From NCBI RefSeq assembly GCF_002310835.1, contig NZ_CP011042.1:540001-572000 (forward strand): a DNA stretch of 32,000 nt, written 5' to 3'. This document shows positions 8,177-18,391 of this stretch, piece after piece. Each line of letters opens with the position of its first letter. The stretch's first letter is position 1. Below the pieces are notes generated by a model. The model did no database searches and was not told the origin of the DNA. It was given only the letters and a program-made list of their open reading frames with translations. This DNA is from Pseudoalteromonas tetraodonis. GTDB lineage: Bacteria; Pseudomonadota; Gammaproteobacteria; Enterobacterales; Alteromonadaceae. Both the position numbers and the translations under genes were made by a program.

Positions 8177-9666
8177 ATGCCTAATACATTATCGATAATA
8201 GCAGCGTACGCATAAGCAGCCGCTTCAGCATTTTGATTAGCAATAACCGACAGCCCAACCGGTAAGTGGCTTACTTTACCTACTGGCAAAGTGATATGGG
8301 TTGTTCCTGCAATGGCAGGCAATGAACTACTACTGCCTTTAAAGTTATCACCGTTAATTAAATCGGTTTTCCAGGCGGGCGAAACGGTGGGTGCAATCAC
8401 AATATCGAGCTTATTATTGCGGTATAAATTGCTAATAGCGCGGTTTGCTAGTGCGCGATAACGCGCCTTGGTTTTTTGATATTGTTGTTTCTCACTCAAA
8501 TCAACCGCGTTAGCTTGCTGTAAAATATCTTGCTCAAAGTAGAGCATTTCTTGCTGTTTATTTGCGGTATTGAATGCGATTAAATCGTCTAAGCTTTTTA
8601 CCGTTACTTGCGTTGGTGTTTGGCTTAAATAGTGATTAATTTCGGCTTTAAAGTCGTAAAGCAAGATGGCGTATTCATCAACGTAAAGTGTACTTAAATC
8701 ATCTTTTACTTCAACATTGACAACGGTATGACCTGCGTCTTTTAATGCTTGTAGCTGTTTAGCGTAAAGTTTTTGTGTTTCCACAGTAAACTTACTGGCA
8801 GGTAAAGCGCCTATTCTCAGTGACGGCTTAGGCGCTATACTATCAAGCTTTCTATTTACGTTGAGTGTTGATACATCATTAGGGTCTTCCCCTTGAATGA
8901 CAGACAATATTGCGAGTGCATCTTTTAAAGAATGTGCCATTGGGCCTACCGAATCTTGGCTACTAGAAAGTGGCACCACGCCTGCGCGCGAAACTTGTCC
9001 CATACTGGGTTTTATGGCGTACACCCCATTAACAGATGCAGGGCAGGTAATTGAGCCGTCGGTTTCAGTGCCCAGCGCAATAGGTGCAAAATTTAAAGCA
9101 ACCGCGACAGCAGAGCCCGAACTTGAGCCACACGGATTACGCGTTACATCATGGGCGTTATGGGTTTGCCCACCTATTGCACTCCAACCAGATGACGAAT
9201 ACGATGAGCGAAAATTAGCCCATTCACTTAAGTTCGCTTTGCCTAAAATAATAGCGCCTGCTTGGCGTAATTGTTTAACCACAAAGGCATCTTTATTGGT
9301 AATGTTATTTTTAAGTGCTAATGAGCCCGCTGTAGTGGGTAATGTACCTGTTGTTTCAATGTTATCTTTTAGTAATACCGCAATACCATGTAAAGGGCCT
9401 GCCCATTTTCCGGCTTTAAACAGTGCATCGAGTTCTTTGGCTTGTTCAATTGCAGTGGGCTCAATACTAATTACTGCATTATATTTAGGATTGAGCGCGT
9501 TTATTCTGTCGATATAAGTGCGGGTAAGCTGTTCAGCTGTAGTGCTATTATTTTTATAGGCGCTGTGAATGTCACTAATAGTTTTAAGCTCTGTATTGTT
9601 AGCCGCTGCGTGTAAGTTAGTTATTGTACAAACACATAAGGTTAAAAGTAGCCGTTTTATAATCAT
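8161..9666 (-). CDS. Secreted amidase (amidase-signature family)
   Basis: 501 aa with a signal peptide (LLLTLCVCTITNLHAAA). It carries the amidase-signature block GGQTHNAHDVTRNPCGSSSGSAVAVA and a conserved Lys in LLKDNIET. Confidence 0.85.
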   Translation of the reverse strand: MIIKRLLLTLCVCTITNLHAAANNTELKTISDIHSAYKNNSTTAEQLTRTYIDRINALNPKYNAVISIEPTAIEQAKELDALFKAGKWAGPLHGIAVLLKDNIETTGTLPTTAGSLALKNNITNKDAFVVKQLRQAGAIILGKANLSEWANFRSSYSSSGWSAIGGQTHNAHDVTRNPCGSSSGSAVAVALNFAPIALGTETDGSITCPASVNGVYAIKPSMGQVSRAGVVPLSSSQDSVGPMAHSLKDALAILSVIQGEDPNDVSTLNVNRKLDSIAPKPSLRIGALPASKFTVETQKLYAKQLQALKDAGHTVVNVEVKDDLSTLYVDEYAILLYDFKAEINHYLSQTPTQVTVKSLDDLIAFNTANKQQEMLYFEQDILQQANAVDLSEKQQYQKTKARYRALANRAISNLYRNNKLDIVIAPTVSPAWKTDLINGDNFKGSSSSLPAIAGTTHITLPVGKVSHLPVGLSVIANQNAEAAAYAYAAIIDNVLGIKKPE

Positions 9667-9708
9667 TGTTATTATCTATTTTATGGAAACACAGGTTATT
9701 TTTAGCAC

Positions 9709-9735
9709 AAAAAAACCTCACATTGTGAGGTTTTT
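9709..9735. terminator. Bidirectional intrinsic terminator after the FAD-oxidoreductase gene
   Basis: AACCTCAC (9714-9721) pairs with GTGAGGTT (9725-9732). It is flanked by an A-run and a T-run. Confidence 0.75.
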
Positions 9736-9758
9736 CGATAAAGGTCGATTAAATCGAG

Positions 9759-11366
9759 TTAGGCGTTTTCTAGCATCGATAACGCAACCGCCTCTGCGGC
9801 TTTAATACCATCAATACCCGCTGATAAAATACCACCCGCATAACCCGCGCCTTCACCTGCAGGGTAAAGCCCTTTAGTATTAATACTTTGGAAGGTTTTA
9901 TCGCGCTTGATACTTATTGGTGATGAAGTACGCGTTTCTACCCCAGTGAGTAAGCCATCATTAGTTGAAAAACCACGAATTTGCTTGTTAAAAGCAGGAA
10001 TTGCTTCACGCAAGGCTTCAATCGCAAAAGGAGGTAATACGTTGCTCAAATCAGTCAGTTTTATGCCCGGCGTATACGAAGGCTGTACATCGCCTAAATT
10101 AGCCGATGATTTACCTTTTAAAAAGTCGCCAATAAGCTGTGCAGGGGCATCGTAGTTTTTACCACCAAGTTCATAGGCTTGCTCTTCTAGTTTACGCTGT
10201 AAATCAATGCCGGCTAGGGGATGTCCAGGGAAGTCTTTTTCTGGCGAAATACCCACTACAATAGCGCTGTTAGCATTACGTTCACTACGTGAATATTGGC
10301 TCATGCCATTGGTGACGACTCGGCCTTCTTCAGATGTTGCGGCAACTACTGTGCCGCCAGGGCACATACAAAAGCTATATACAGTACGGCCGTTATTACA
10401 ATGGTGTACTAATTTGTAATCTGCAGAGCCTAAAATAGGGTTACCCGCATTATCGCCAAAGCGGCATTCATCAATCATTGATTGCTTATGTTCTATTCTA
10501 AAGCCCACTGAAAAGGGTTTAGCTTCAACATAAATGCCTTTATCGTGGATCATTTTAAACGTATCGCGGGCACTGTGGCCAACCGCTAATATCACATGGC
10601 GAGTTTCGAGCTGTTCACCATTAGAAAGCGTAAGCCCAGTCACTTGGCCGTTGTCTAAATGGATATCGTCAACGCGCGTGCTAAAACGAATTTCTCCACC
10701 AAGTTCAATAATACGTGCACGCATTTTTTCAATCATGGTTACCAGTTTAAAGGTACCAATATGCGGCTTACTCACGTATAAAATTTCTTCAGGAGCGCCG
10801 GCCTCTACAAACTCAGTAATGACTTTACGACCATAATGTTTAGGGTCTTTTACTTGGCTGTAGAGCTTACCGTCTGAGAACGTGCCTGCGCCACCTTCAC
10901 CAAACTGTACGTTTGATTCTGTATTAAGGGCCTTTTTACGCCAAAAGCCAAAGGTGTCTTTGGTGCGCTCACGCACTTCTTTACCGCGCTCTAAAATAAT
11001 TGGGTTAAAACCCATTTGTGCCAACACTAAACCGGCAAATAAGCCACAAGGGCCAAATCCAATTACCACAGGGCGTTCTTTAATACTGCTATTGGCGTGC
11101 GCTACAAATTTGTAGTTGGTGTCAGGGGAGACTTTAACGTGTTGGTCTTTTTCAAACGAGGTTAACAGTTGTGCTTCGTTATCCACTTCAACATCAAGCG
11201 TGTAAATCAGTAAAATGGCGCTTTTTTTACGTGCATCGTAACCGCGTTTAAACACATTGTAGCTGTGTAGCTGCTCTGGGCTTATATTTAATTTATTGAT
11301 GATGGCTTGGCCAATGGCATTTTCGTCATGGTCAAGCGGCAGCTTTATTTCGGTTAAACGTATCAT
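9759..11366 (-). CDS. NAD(P)/FAD-dependent oxidoreductase (COG2509-like)
   Basis: The ATG at 11366 (MIRLTEIKLPLDHDE...) is preceded by AAAGAG. The longer track ORF to 11450 adds an implausible leader. The dinucleotide fold is VVIGFGPCGLFAG, and the C-terminal motif is GLYPAGEGAGYAGGI. Confidence 0.8.
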   Translation of the reverse strand: MIRLTEIKLPLDHDENAIGQAIINKLNISPEQLHSYNVFKRGYDARKKSAILLIYTLDVEVDNEAQLLTSFEKDQHVKVSPDTNYKFVAHANSSIKERPVVIGFGPCGLFAGLVLAQMGFNPIILERGKEVRERTKDTFGFWRKKALNTESNVQFGEGGAGTFSDGKLYSQVKDPKHYGRKVITEFVEAGAPEEILYVSKPHIGTFKLVTMIEKMRARIIELGGEIRFSTRVDDIHLDNGQVTGLTLSNGEQLETRHVILAVGHSARDTFKMIHDKGIYVEAKPFSVGFRIEHKQSMIDECRFGDNAGNPILGSADYKLVHHCNNGRTVYSFCMCPGGTVVAATSEEGRVVTNGMSQYSRSERNANSAIVVGISPEKDFPGHPLAGIDLQRKLEEQAYELGGKNYDAPAQLIGDFLKGKSSANLGDVQPSYTPGIKLTDLSNVLPPFAIEALREAIPAFNKQIRGFSTNDGLLTGVETRTSSPISIKRDKTFQSINTKGLYPAGEGAGYAGGILSAGIDGIKAAEAVALSMLENA

Positions 11367-11554
11367 TAATATCTCTTTAGGTGTCATAGCGGGGATTAAA
11401 TTCCGCTCACAATAAGGGGTGTGCACAAAGCGCTGATTTATAAGCGCCATATGTTACGTTAAATTGCCCACTTTTGGCACTTATTTATTGTGTTTTGGTA
11501 AGGGTTGGGTATGATCCGCAGCTGTTATTGTGAAACATTAGGTATTAAACCATT

Positions 11555-11878
11555 ATGGCGTTTGTAGTCACCGAAAATTGTATAAAATGTAAGTACACTG
11601 ATTGCGTATCAGTATGCCCTGCAGATGCATTTTTTGAAGGTCCTAATTTTTTGGCTATTAGCCCTATTGACTGTATTGACTGTGGTTTATGCGTACCTGA
11701 GTGTGCCGCTGATGCTATTTTTCAAGAAGATGAATTACCTGAATCGCAAAAAGAGTTTACCCAATTAAATGCGGAGCTAGCAGAAATATGGCCACGCATC
11801 ACCCAAGTTAAACCCGCCCCGGAAGATGCCGATAGCTGGAATGGTGTGGCTAATAAATTAAAACTTCTCGACACATAA
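11555..11878 (+). CDS. fdxA: 7Fe ferredoxin (Azotobacter FdxA type)
   Basis: 107 aa. The Cys patterns [14 protein letters not shown] and [11 protein letters not shown] are characteristic of [3Fe-4S][4Fe-4S] ferredoxin I. Confidence 0.9.
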   Translation: MAFVVTENCIKCKYTDCVSVCPADAFFEGPNFLAISPIDCIDCGLCVPECAADAIFQEDELPESQKEFTQLNAELAEIWPRITQVKPAPEDADSWNGVANKLKLLDT

Positions 11879-12013
11879 TCATTCCACTTCGTTGTGTATT
11901 AGTTTTTTGTTAATTTTATTGCAAATAATAGCGCGCAACTATTAACAAATGTACCTGTATAATTTACACTCCTGAGCAAAGTTTACTTTTAACAAGTAAA
12001 TAAACCTAAATGG

Positions 12014-14266
12014 ATGTTTATGCAGTACTTTATACCTATAAAAATAACAACATTGCTGTTTTTTATCAGCTTCAGCCTCGGTTTAACTCTCAGCCCTAAT
12101 GCACTTGCCGATAAGCTTAATTATCAACTCGCGCACATTAATAAAAATATTGATGTAGATGGCGTGCTTAACGAGCCACATTGGCAACAAGCAACACATG
12201 TTGCGGTAAACTACCAAGATGAGCCGAATGAAAAAGGCACACCGCCAGTAAAAACAGATGCATACCTTTATGACGATGGTCATAATTTATATGTGGCGTT
12301 TGTAGCTTACGACCCCGATCCGAGTAAAATTCGCGCGGCGCTTCGTGATAGAGATACCCTCTGGCAAGATGATACTGTCGGTTTGGTGATTGATACCTTT
12401 AACGATGAACGTACAGGCTATGAGTTTTATGTAAACCCACTGGGCGCTCAAGGTGACCTTCGCATGACGGATACCGATGAATGGGTGTCAGACTTATCGT
12501 GGGATGCCATTTGGGACAGTGCCGGTACCATAAACGAGCAAGGTTACGTAGTTGAAATGCGTATTCCGTTTAAAGCGCTGCGATTTGCGCAAAATAAAGA
12601 TCAATCTACCTGGGGTTTTGCTGTAATGCGAAACTATCAGCGTGATGTGTTGTATCAATTATCAAGCACAGGCTTTGACCGTGATATTAAATGTAGTTTA
12701 TGTCAGTTTGACAAAATAAGCGGATTTAATAATTTAGCACCAAGTAAAAACCTACAGCTAACGCCAACATTAACCGCACTGAGAAACGATCAAAAAACAC
12801 AAGTACCGGGTGCGTGGGATAATGGCGATGTAGACACTGAGGTTGGGCTTGATCTTCGTTGGGGGGTTACCAAAGATGCAGTAATTAATGCCACCATAAA
12901 TCCAGACTTTTCTCAGGTAGAAACCGATTCGTTAGAACTGGATGTAAACACCACTTACTCTATTTATTACGCTGAAAAGCGTCCGTTTTTCTTAGATGGC
13001 GCGTCTTATTTTAAAAGTAATTTATTTGAACTCCTTTATACACGTACCATAGCTGAGCCAAATATTGGCGCCAAGCTCACCGGTAAAACCGACAGTCACA
13101 GTTATGCGCTGATGTTTGCAGATGACGATAACAGTAATATTTTATTGCCAAGTAACCAAGGCTCGGGCTTTGCTAACTTAAATGATAAAACCAAAGCGGC
13201 GGTGGCACGTTATCAATATGATATTGGCCAACAAGGCACTATTGGTGTTACTTCAACGCATCGCGAAAGTAGCGACTACCATAATACGGTGCTATCGGTT
13301 GATGGCAGCTATTGGTTTAATCAGTCAGATACGCTTAATTACCAAATAGCCCATGCTGATACCAACAACTCGCAGTTTTTAGTTGATAACTACAATTTAG
13401 CAGAGTCTCAGTCTGATCGGGCTTATGCATTAAAGCTGACACGCGATAAGCGCGATTATAAGCTCTACGCGACCTATGACAATATTGGTGAGGATTACCG
13501 GACCGATTTAGGTTATCAAGAAAAGGTAGACTATGAAAAAGTAGGCTTTGGTGGCGGACAAACTTGGTATGGTGATGAACATGACATGCTAACAACCTGG
13601 TCATACACCGCCGATTGGGATAAAACCTGGGCGCAAAATGGCGAGTTACTTGAAGAAGAATACGAAGGTTACATGACCTTTCAAGGTCAAAAGCAGTCTG
13701 TATTTGAGCTGGGTTTGTTAAATCGCTATGAAAATTATAACGGCAAGTTTTATAACCAAAATATTGGTTATTTTTATACGGCTTTTAGACCGTCAAAAGA
13801 TCTGAGATTATCGTTATATGCCGAATATGCAAGCCGTATAGATTACACTAATGAGCAGCTAGGCGATGTTTTAACCACACAATCGCAGGCTGTTTGGGAT
13901 ATTAATAACCATTGGCAGGTCGATGTTAGGCATAATTATAGCCATTTAGATGATTACCAAGGGCGACGTGTTTTTACCGCAAACCTTATTGATTTTAGGC
14001 TTTATTATAAGTTTAGTATGCGCGCTATGCTTAAACTGATTTTACAGTTTGAAGATATAGACAGAAATGAAGATGCTTATTTTTATCAGGTTAGCGAAAT
14101 CAACAAAGATTACGGTAGTCAGCTGGTGTACTCATACAAAATTAACGCACAAACCTTATTTTACTTAGGGTATTCAGATAAAGGTTATCAGGATGACTCG
14201 TTAAAAAGGATTGAGCGAGACCAACGTACTTTCTTTACTAAAGTCAGTTATGCGTGGCAATTATAA
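12014..14266 (+). CDS. Secreted/outer-membrane protein with an N-terminal CBM9-like domain and a DUF5916-like beta-rich body
   Basis: 750 aa (an alternative ATG lies at 12020) with a signal peptide ending NALA. The N-terminal string DGVLNEPHWQQA...YLYDDGHNLYVAF resembles CBM family 9 / DOMON-like modules. The long remainder is rich in Y, D and N and beta-strand-like. Family names are from memory. Confidence 0.55.
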   Translation: MFMQYFIPIKITTLLFFISFSLGLTLSPNALADKLNYQLAHINKNIDVDGVLNEPHWQQATHVAVNYQDEPNEKGTPPVKTDAYLYDDGHNLYVAFVAYDPDPSKIRAALRDRDTLWQDDTVGLVIDTFNDERTGYEFYVNPLGAQGDLRMTDTDEWVSDLSWDAIWDSAGTINEQGYVVEMRIPFKALRFAQNKDQSTWGFAVMRNYQRDVLYQLSSTGFDRDIKCSLCQFDKISGFNNLAPSKNLQLTPTLTALRNDQKTQVPGAWDNGDVDTEVGLDLRWGVTKDAVINATINPDFSQVETDSLELDVNTTYSIYYAEKRPFFLDGASYFKSNLFELLYTRTIAEPNIGAKLTGKTDSHSYALMFADDDNSNILLPSNQGSGFANLNDKTKAAVARYQYDIGQQGTIGVTSTHRESSDYHNTVLSVDGSYWFNQSDTLNYQIAHADTNNSQFLVDNYNLAESQSDRAYALKLTRDKRDYKLYATYDNIGEDYRTDLGYQEKVDYEKVGFGGGQTWYGDEHDMLTTWSYTADWDKTWAQNGELLEEEYEGYMTFQGQKQSVFELGLLNRYENYNGKFYNQNIGYFYTAFRPSKDLRLSLYAEYASRIDYTNEQLGDVLTTQSQAVWDINNHWQVDVRHNYSHLDDYQGRRVFTANLIDFRLYYKFSMRAMLKLILQFEDIDRNEDAYFYQVSEINKDYGSQLVYSYKINAQTLFYLGYSDKGYQDDSLKRIERDQRTFFTKVSYAWQL

Positions 14267-14305
14267 CGCTATAAATAATATAAAAGTAAGATTTTGCTAG
14301 GCAAT

Positions 14306-14338
14306 AAAAAAACACGCTAACCAGTAGCGTGTTTTTTT
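14306..14338. terminator. Intrinsic terminator after the 12014-14266 gene
   Basis: AACACGCTA (14311-14319) pairs with TAGCGTGTT (14325-14333). An A-run precedes it and T7 follows. Confidence 0.85.
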
Positions 14339-14347
14339 ATATTTACT

Positions 14348-14610
14348 AGGGTCTGTTGACCTTTGTGGATTGAAATTTGTTCAAACTAGGGGGTGTTTAA
14401 TCGCGGCGCGAGGTTTGTAACCTAGTGGGCTAAGTAAAAACCGAGCAACAAAGAGTAAATCGCCCCTAGGAAGAACCCTTTGGGCATCGCCTGTTTGGCA
14501 TTAATGCTACGTTATCGCCTATTTATGGGGAATAACACTACATAGGCTCTGCTTTGCCTAAATACCAAACAGGCTGCTGCAAATTCAATCTTAAAAGTAC
14601 AACAGACCCT
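14348..14610. repeat. About 263-bp nested-palindrome element (MITE-like or structured RNA), unclassified
   Basis: The termini AGGGTCTGTTG (14348-14358) and CAACAGACCCT (14600-14610) are perfect 11-bp inverted repeats. They are extended by GATTGAAATTTG (14368-14379) pairing with CAAATTCAATC (14580-14590). Internal stems are CTAGGGG (14386-14392)/CCCCTAG (14463-14469), GCCTGTTTGG (14489-14498)/CCAAACAGGC (14565-14574) and GCCTAT (14517-14522)/ATAGGC (14542-14547). Confidence 0.6.
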
Positions 14611-14618
14611 GCTAACTA

Positions 14619-15323
14619 TTACAAATCAAATGTACGTGAGATAGCAAGTACAATTCGCTCATCTGCGTAATCGTAATCTAGGCTGGTATTCTCAGCAGCC
14701 ACTTCAATGCCAAACCCTTCATAGCTCGTTTGGTATGCTAAGCGGTAGTGATAATACGATTTGTCGCCCTTAGCTTCATCCCATTGGAACTTATTGCCAT
14801 CGAGTGAGTTTGAAATATCAAAGCTGGCACGAATCGCATGATTTGGCGCAAGCTCGTAAGTGTGCGCAATCATAGAAATCACATGGCCAGTATCGTAGCC
14901 AAAGTAATCCCAGCTGTACCAAAAGTTAAGCTCTGTTTGGCCGTAGTCACTGGCGTAACCAAATTTAGTATACGCTTCTGCGTAGTTACCATCGCTGTTA
15001 TTACCTTGGTAAGTGTAATAAGCAATACCGTAATCCAGGTTTACTTGTTCGTTTAACTGAATGTATCGGCCTACGTAAGCATCTAGTTCAAAGTCGGTGT
15101 CATCACCAAAATCAACGTTTGATGCCCATACACCGGCATAAACACCGTTATCATACGCGTAGTCAAGGCTTGCTTGCAGTGCCGGATCGTTATCTGTTTG
15201 TGATACACCATTAAAGGTGTAATCAGATGCAGCCGTAATCGTTGTTGACCAGTTAGCCGCTGCCGTTGTTGATAAAACGGTGAAAGGTAAAGCGATAAAA
15301 AGTTGTTTTAATTTATTGTTCAT
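14619..15323 (-). CDS. TorF-family putative outer-membrane porin
   Basis: 234 aa with a signal peptide (LPFTVLSTTAAA). The N-terminal string ITAASDYTFNGVSQTDNDPALQASLDYAYDNGVYAGVWASNVDF fits the TIGR02001/TorF-type small beta-barrel pattern. It ends in an aromatic-rich strand (SRTFDL). The start lies 8 nt after the upstream stop and is preceded by AGGA. Confidence 0.7.
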   Translation of the reverse strand: MNNKLKQLFIALPFTVLSTTAAANWSTTITAASDYTFNGVSQTDNDPALQASLDYAYDNGVYAGVWASNVDFGDDTDFELDAYVGRYIQLNEQVNLDYGIAYYTYQGNNSDGNYAEAYTKFGYASDYGQTELNFWYSWDYFGYDTGHVISMIAHTYELAPNHAIRASFDISNSLDGNKFQWDEAKGDKSYYHYRLAYQTSYEGFGIEVAAENTSLDYDYADERIVLAISRTFDL

Positions 15324-15331
15324 GTGTTTTC

Positions 15332-16549
15332 CTAGCTGATAGTTTCTATTTTTGTGTAATCAATTTTATTCGCTTTAGGCGATCCTTCGATATTGCTGAC
15401 CGTTTTAAGTTTGCTGTAGGCAATAAAACCAAGGCAAATAAAGAATAACCCTATAACTAAAGCACCAACCCATTGAATTTGCAAAAACTCAAGCTTAAAT
15501 AGCAATGTTAGTAGCGACAAAGCGACAACGTTCATGGCAATATATTTAAATTTACCAAAGCGTTTTACGGTTAGGTTTAAATTATCTGTGTATAAACGAA
15601 TCAGTGAATCGAGCGAGTTAATAACAAATACGATACCTACAAACACCATAGCAAAGTTTTTGATTCCCTCGGTTGGAATACCGGCTTCATGGTAGTGATA
15701 TAACACACTAAACCAGATAGCGATTGGAATCGATGGGAAAATCAGCATAGCACCAAGGACTTGATAGGTTTTTAAACCGCCCACAAAACGCGATGTAAAT
15801 TGACCAATCATAATGCTCCACGCAAACCACCAAAATAAGTAAAACTCATGGTAATCATTCAGTGGTAATACAAACTCATTGATGTTGGCAAAGTAATTAC
15901 CAATTAATCCGATGTTTTTAGTAAATGCAGAGAGTTCACTGTCGCCAAATAAGAAGGCATCAGCCCACATAAAGCCAATTAGGGCGATAAACAACCAAGT
16001 AGTTGCAATACTTAAAAAGCGCACATATTTAATATCGGTACTTGAATACACCGCAAAGCAAATAGCGGCAAGCACGATTAAGTAAAACGCAGGAATAACA
16101 TTTGAGCCATCACCGAGTTCAGGTAAATACCACGGCAAGTTACTCAGTAATAAGTAAGCGGTAAACGCACAAGTACCAATAATGACCACATTGTTTAAAA
16201 ACTTAACCCATGGAATTTCAAAAAACTTCACTTTGGGTTCTATTACACAGAAATAAAAGCACGTAAGAAAATAAAATCCCCAAATTAAAAATCCCCAATA
16301 ACCAAACTCAATTGAGAGAGGATTGGCAAATGCATATTCTGGGCTTGCTTTTATGTCTGCATAACCGGCAAATTCGGTTAAAGGAAACATAATAAGGCCA
16401 ACGTCTAGGCCCGAGGTAAACAGGATTGCTATAAAAGTGAATGTTCTCACTGGTGTGACGCCTACTACGCGTACATTGCCCCATTTTATTAAAATAGTAA
16501 CAATGGCAAGTAAGGTGAAAATAATGCCTGCATTAAGCCAAATAGTCAT
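15332..16549 (-). CDS. Compact BCCT-like transporter (candidate choline/betaine carrier)
   Basis: 405 aa with about 12 predicted TM helices. It carries a divergent BCCT signature, [23 protein letters not shown], compared with the canonical [37 protein letters not shown] resembles the BCCT TM2 GMGIGL block. A strong SD (GGGAGGG) precedes the ATG. Confidence 0.6.
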   Translation of the reverse strand: [405 protein letters not shown]

Positions 16550-16658
16550 TATCGCCCTCCCAGAATGAATAAAAATAACACATATATACTCCGTTTTTTA
16601 TTGTGCTTGCATTAACACAGGCATAACCTATTTATGCTTGTGAGCCACTGCAAGGCGC

Positions 16659-16703
16659 ATAAAGGCACTCCTTAAAGCATTTTGCTAAAAGAGTGGCCTT
16701 TAT
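16659..16703 (-). other. Intercistronic hairpin between betA and the transporter gene
   Basis: ATAAAGGCACTC (16659-16670) pairs with GAGTGGCCTTTAT (16691-16703), giving 12 bp with one bulge. No U-run follows on the minus strand, so it is not a canonical terminator. Confidence 0.35.
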
Positions 16704-16714
16704 GGCAGGCTAAA

Positions 16715-18382
16715 TTAAAGGGTTTTATTTCGTTGTGAAGTTTGCCAATCAGTGGCATTCACAACATCAACTCCTGTATGAGCTAAAGGCTTATTACCTA
16801 AAATAATATCAGCGGCTTTTTCGGCCACCATGATGGTAGGCGCATTTAAATTACCATTAGGTATGGTTGGAAAAATCGACGAGTCAACTACACGCAAGCT
16901 TTGCATGCCATGCACTTGGGTATTTGAGTTAACTACAGCCATGTCGTCTTCACCCATTTTACAAGAGCAAGAAGGGTGGTAAGCACTTTCCACTGCTTGG
17001 CGCACAAAGGCATCAATTTGCTCATCCGTTTGAACTTGTTGCCCTGGTTGAATTTCTTCACCACGGAAGTCGTCAAAGGCAGCTTGTTCAATAATTTCAC
17101 GCGTTAAACGTACGCACGCCCTAAAGCCTTCAATGTCGTCTTGATGCTCAAGATAATTAAACACAATCTTTGGCGGCTGCGTCGGATCTGCTGAGGCAAT
17201 AGTGACACTGCCACGACTTTTAGGTTTGTTATGACCTACATGCACTTGAAAACCATGCCCTGCAAAAGCACTGCGTCCATCATAACGCATCGCTGCCGGT
17301 AAAAAGTGATACTGAATATCAGGCCACTCTACCCCCGGTTTTGAGCGAATAAAGGCACACGATTCAAAGTGATTAGTTGAGCCTAAACCTTTACGGGTAA
17401 GCAGCCATTTTGCACCAATTAAACCTTTAGAAAACAAGCCTAATTTACCGTTTAAGGTAATGGGTTGTTTACACTTATATTGAAAGTAAAACTCTAAATG
17501 GTCTTGCAAGTTTTGACCAACACCTGGTAGGTGATGTTTTACTTCAACACCTGCTTTTTCAAGTATTTGTGTATCACCAATACCGGACAGTTGTAACAGG
17601 TGAGGAGAACCGATAGAGCCCGCACTTAAAATAACCTCTTTACTTGCTTTGGCTGTTTTAACTGTACCATTGAGCTTGTATTCAACACCGGTTGCTTTTT
17701 TACCGTCTAAAATAACGCGCTGCGCAAGTGCACCGGTTACAATTGTTAGGTTACTGCGATGTTTAATCGGATCTAAATATTCACGAGAGGCTGAGCTGCG
17801 CACACCGTTTTTAACGGTCATGTGCATAGGGCCAAAGCCTTCTTGTTGAGCACTATTATAATCAGCTGTAGTGGCATAACCCGCTTGAGCACCAGCATCA
17901 ATAAAGGCGCTATACAAAGGGTTTTCCATGTTATTACCGTTATTAACGCCAAGGGGGCCTTTTCCACCACGATGGCTGTTTTCACCTAGGTAAAAACTTT
18001 CTGCTTTTTTAAAATACGGTAAACAGGCTTGATAATCCCAGCCATTAGCGCCATGTTGCTGCCATTCATCAAAATCTTTCGCATGACCACGTACATACAC
18101 CATGCCATTAATAGATGATGAGCCGCCAAGCACTTTACCGCGTGGGCAGTGCATTTCACGGTTATCTAAGTACTTTTCTGGCTGCGTATGAAATTGCCAC
18201 GCATACTTATCGGTATTCATTGGTATCGACAGAGCAGTGGGCATTTTAATAAAGATGCTTTTATCGCTGCCGCCGGTTTCAAGTAACAATACCTTGTTAC
18301 TTGAATCTTCAGACAAGCGATTTGCTAACACACAACCTGCTGAGCCCGCGCCTACAATAATATAATCAAAAGAGTGGTTCAT
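16715..18382 (-). CDS. betA: Choline dehydrogenase (GMC oxidoreductase)
   Basis: 555 aa. The N-terminal [22 protein letters not shown] is a GMC signature, and the protein is collinear with E. coli BetA. It lies directly downstream of betB with a 9-nt gap. Confidence 0.9.
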   Translation of the reverse strand: MNHSFDYIIVGAGSAGCVLANRLSEDSSNKVLLLETGGSDKSIFIKMPTALSIPMNTDKYAWQFHTQPEKYLDNREMHCPRGKVLGGSSSINGMVYVRGHAKDFDEWQQHGANGWDYQACLPYFKKAESFYLGENSHRGGKGPLGVNNGNNMENPLYSAFIDAGAQAGYATTADYNSAQQEGFGPMHMTVKNGVRSSASREYLDPIKHRSNLTIVTGALAQRVILDGKKATGVEYKLNGTVKTAKASKEVILSAGSIGSPHLLQLSGIGDTQILEKAGVEVKHHLPGVGQNLQDHLEFYFQYKCKQPITLNGKLGLFSKGLIGAKWLLTRKGLGSTNHFESCAFIRSKPGVEWPDIQYHFLPAAMRYDGRSAFAGHGFQVHVGHNKPKSRGSVTIASADPTQPPKIVFNYLEHQDDIEGFRACVRLTREIIEQAAFDDFRGEEIQPGQQVQTDEQIDAFVRQAVESAYHPSCSCKMGEDDMAVVNSNTQVHGMQSLRVVDSSIFPTIPNGNLNAPTIMVAEKAADIILGNKPLAHTGVDVVNATDWQTSQRNKTL

Positions 18383-18391
18383 AATGATTCC

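Noticed and set aside
11475-11492. TGGCAC-containing sigma-54-like sequence upstream of fdxA.
   Set aside because: No GC dinucleotide or TTGC element lies at the required spacing from the GG.
14348-14610. Interpretation of the palindromic element as a tRNA or tmRNA remnant, integron attC site, retron msr/msd, 6S RNA, or group II intron domain.
   Set aside because: It has no T-loop or anticodon architecture and no RYYYAAC/GTTRRRY core sites. No reverse transcriptase or integrase lies nearby. There is no 6S-like central bubble geometry and no domain V consensus. It is kept as an unclassified repeat or structured element.
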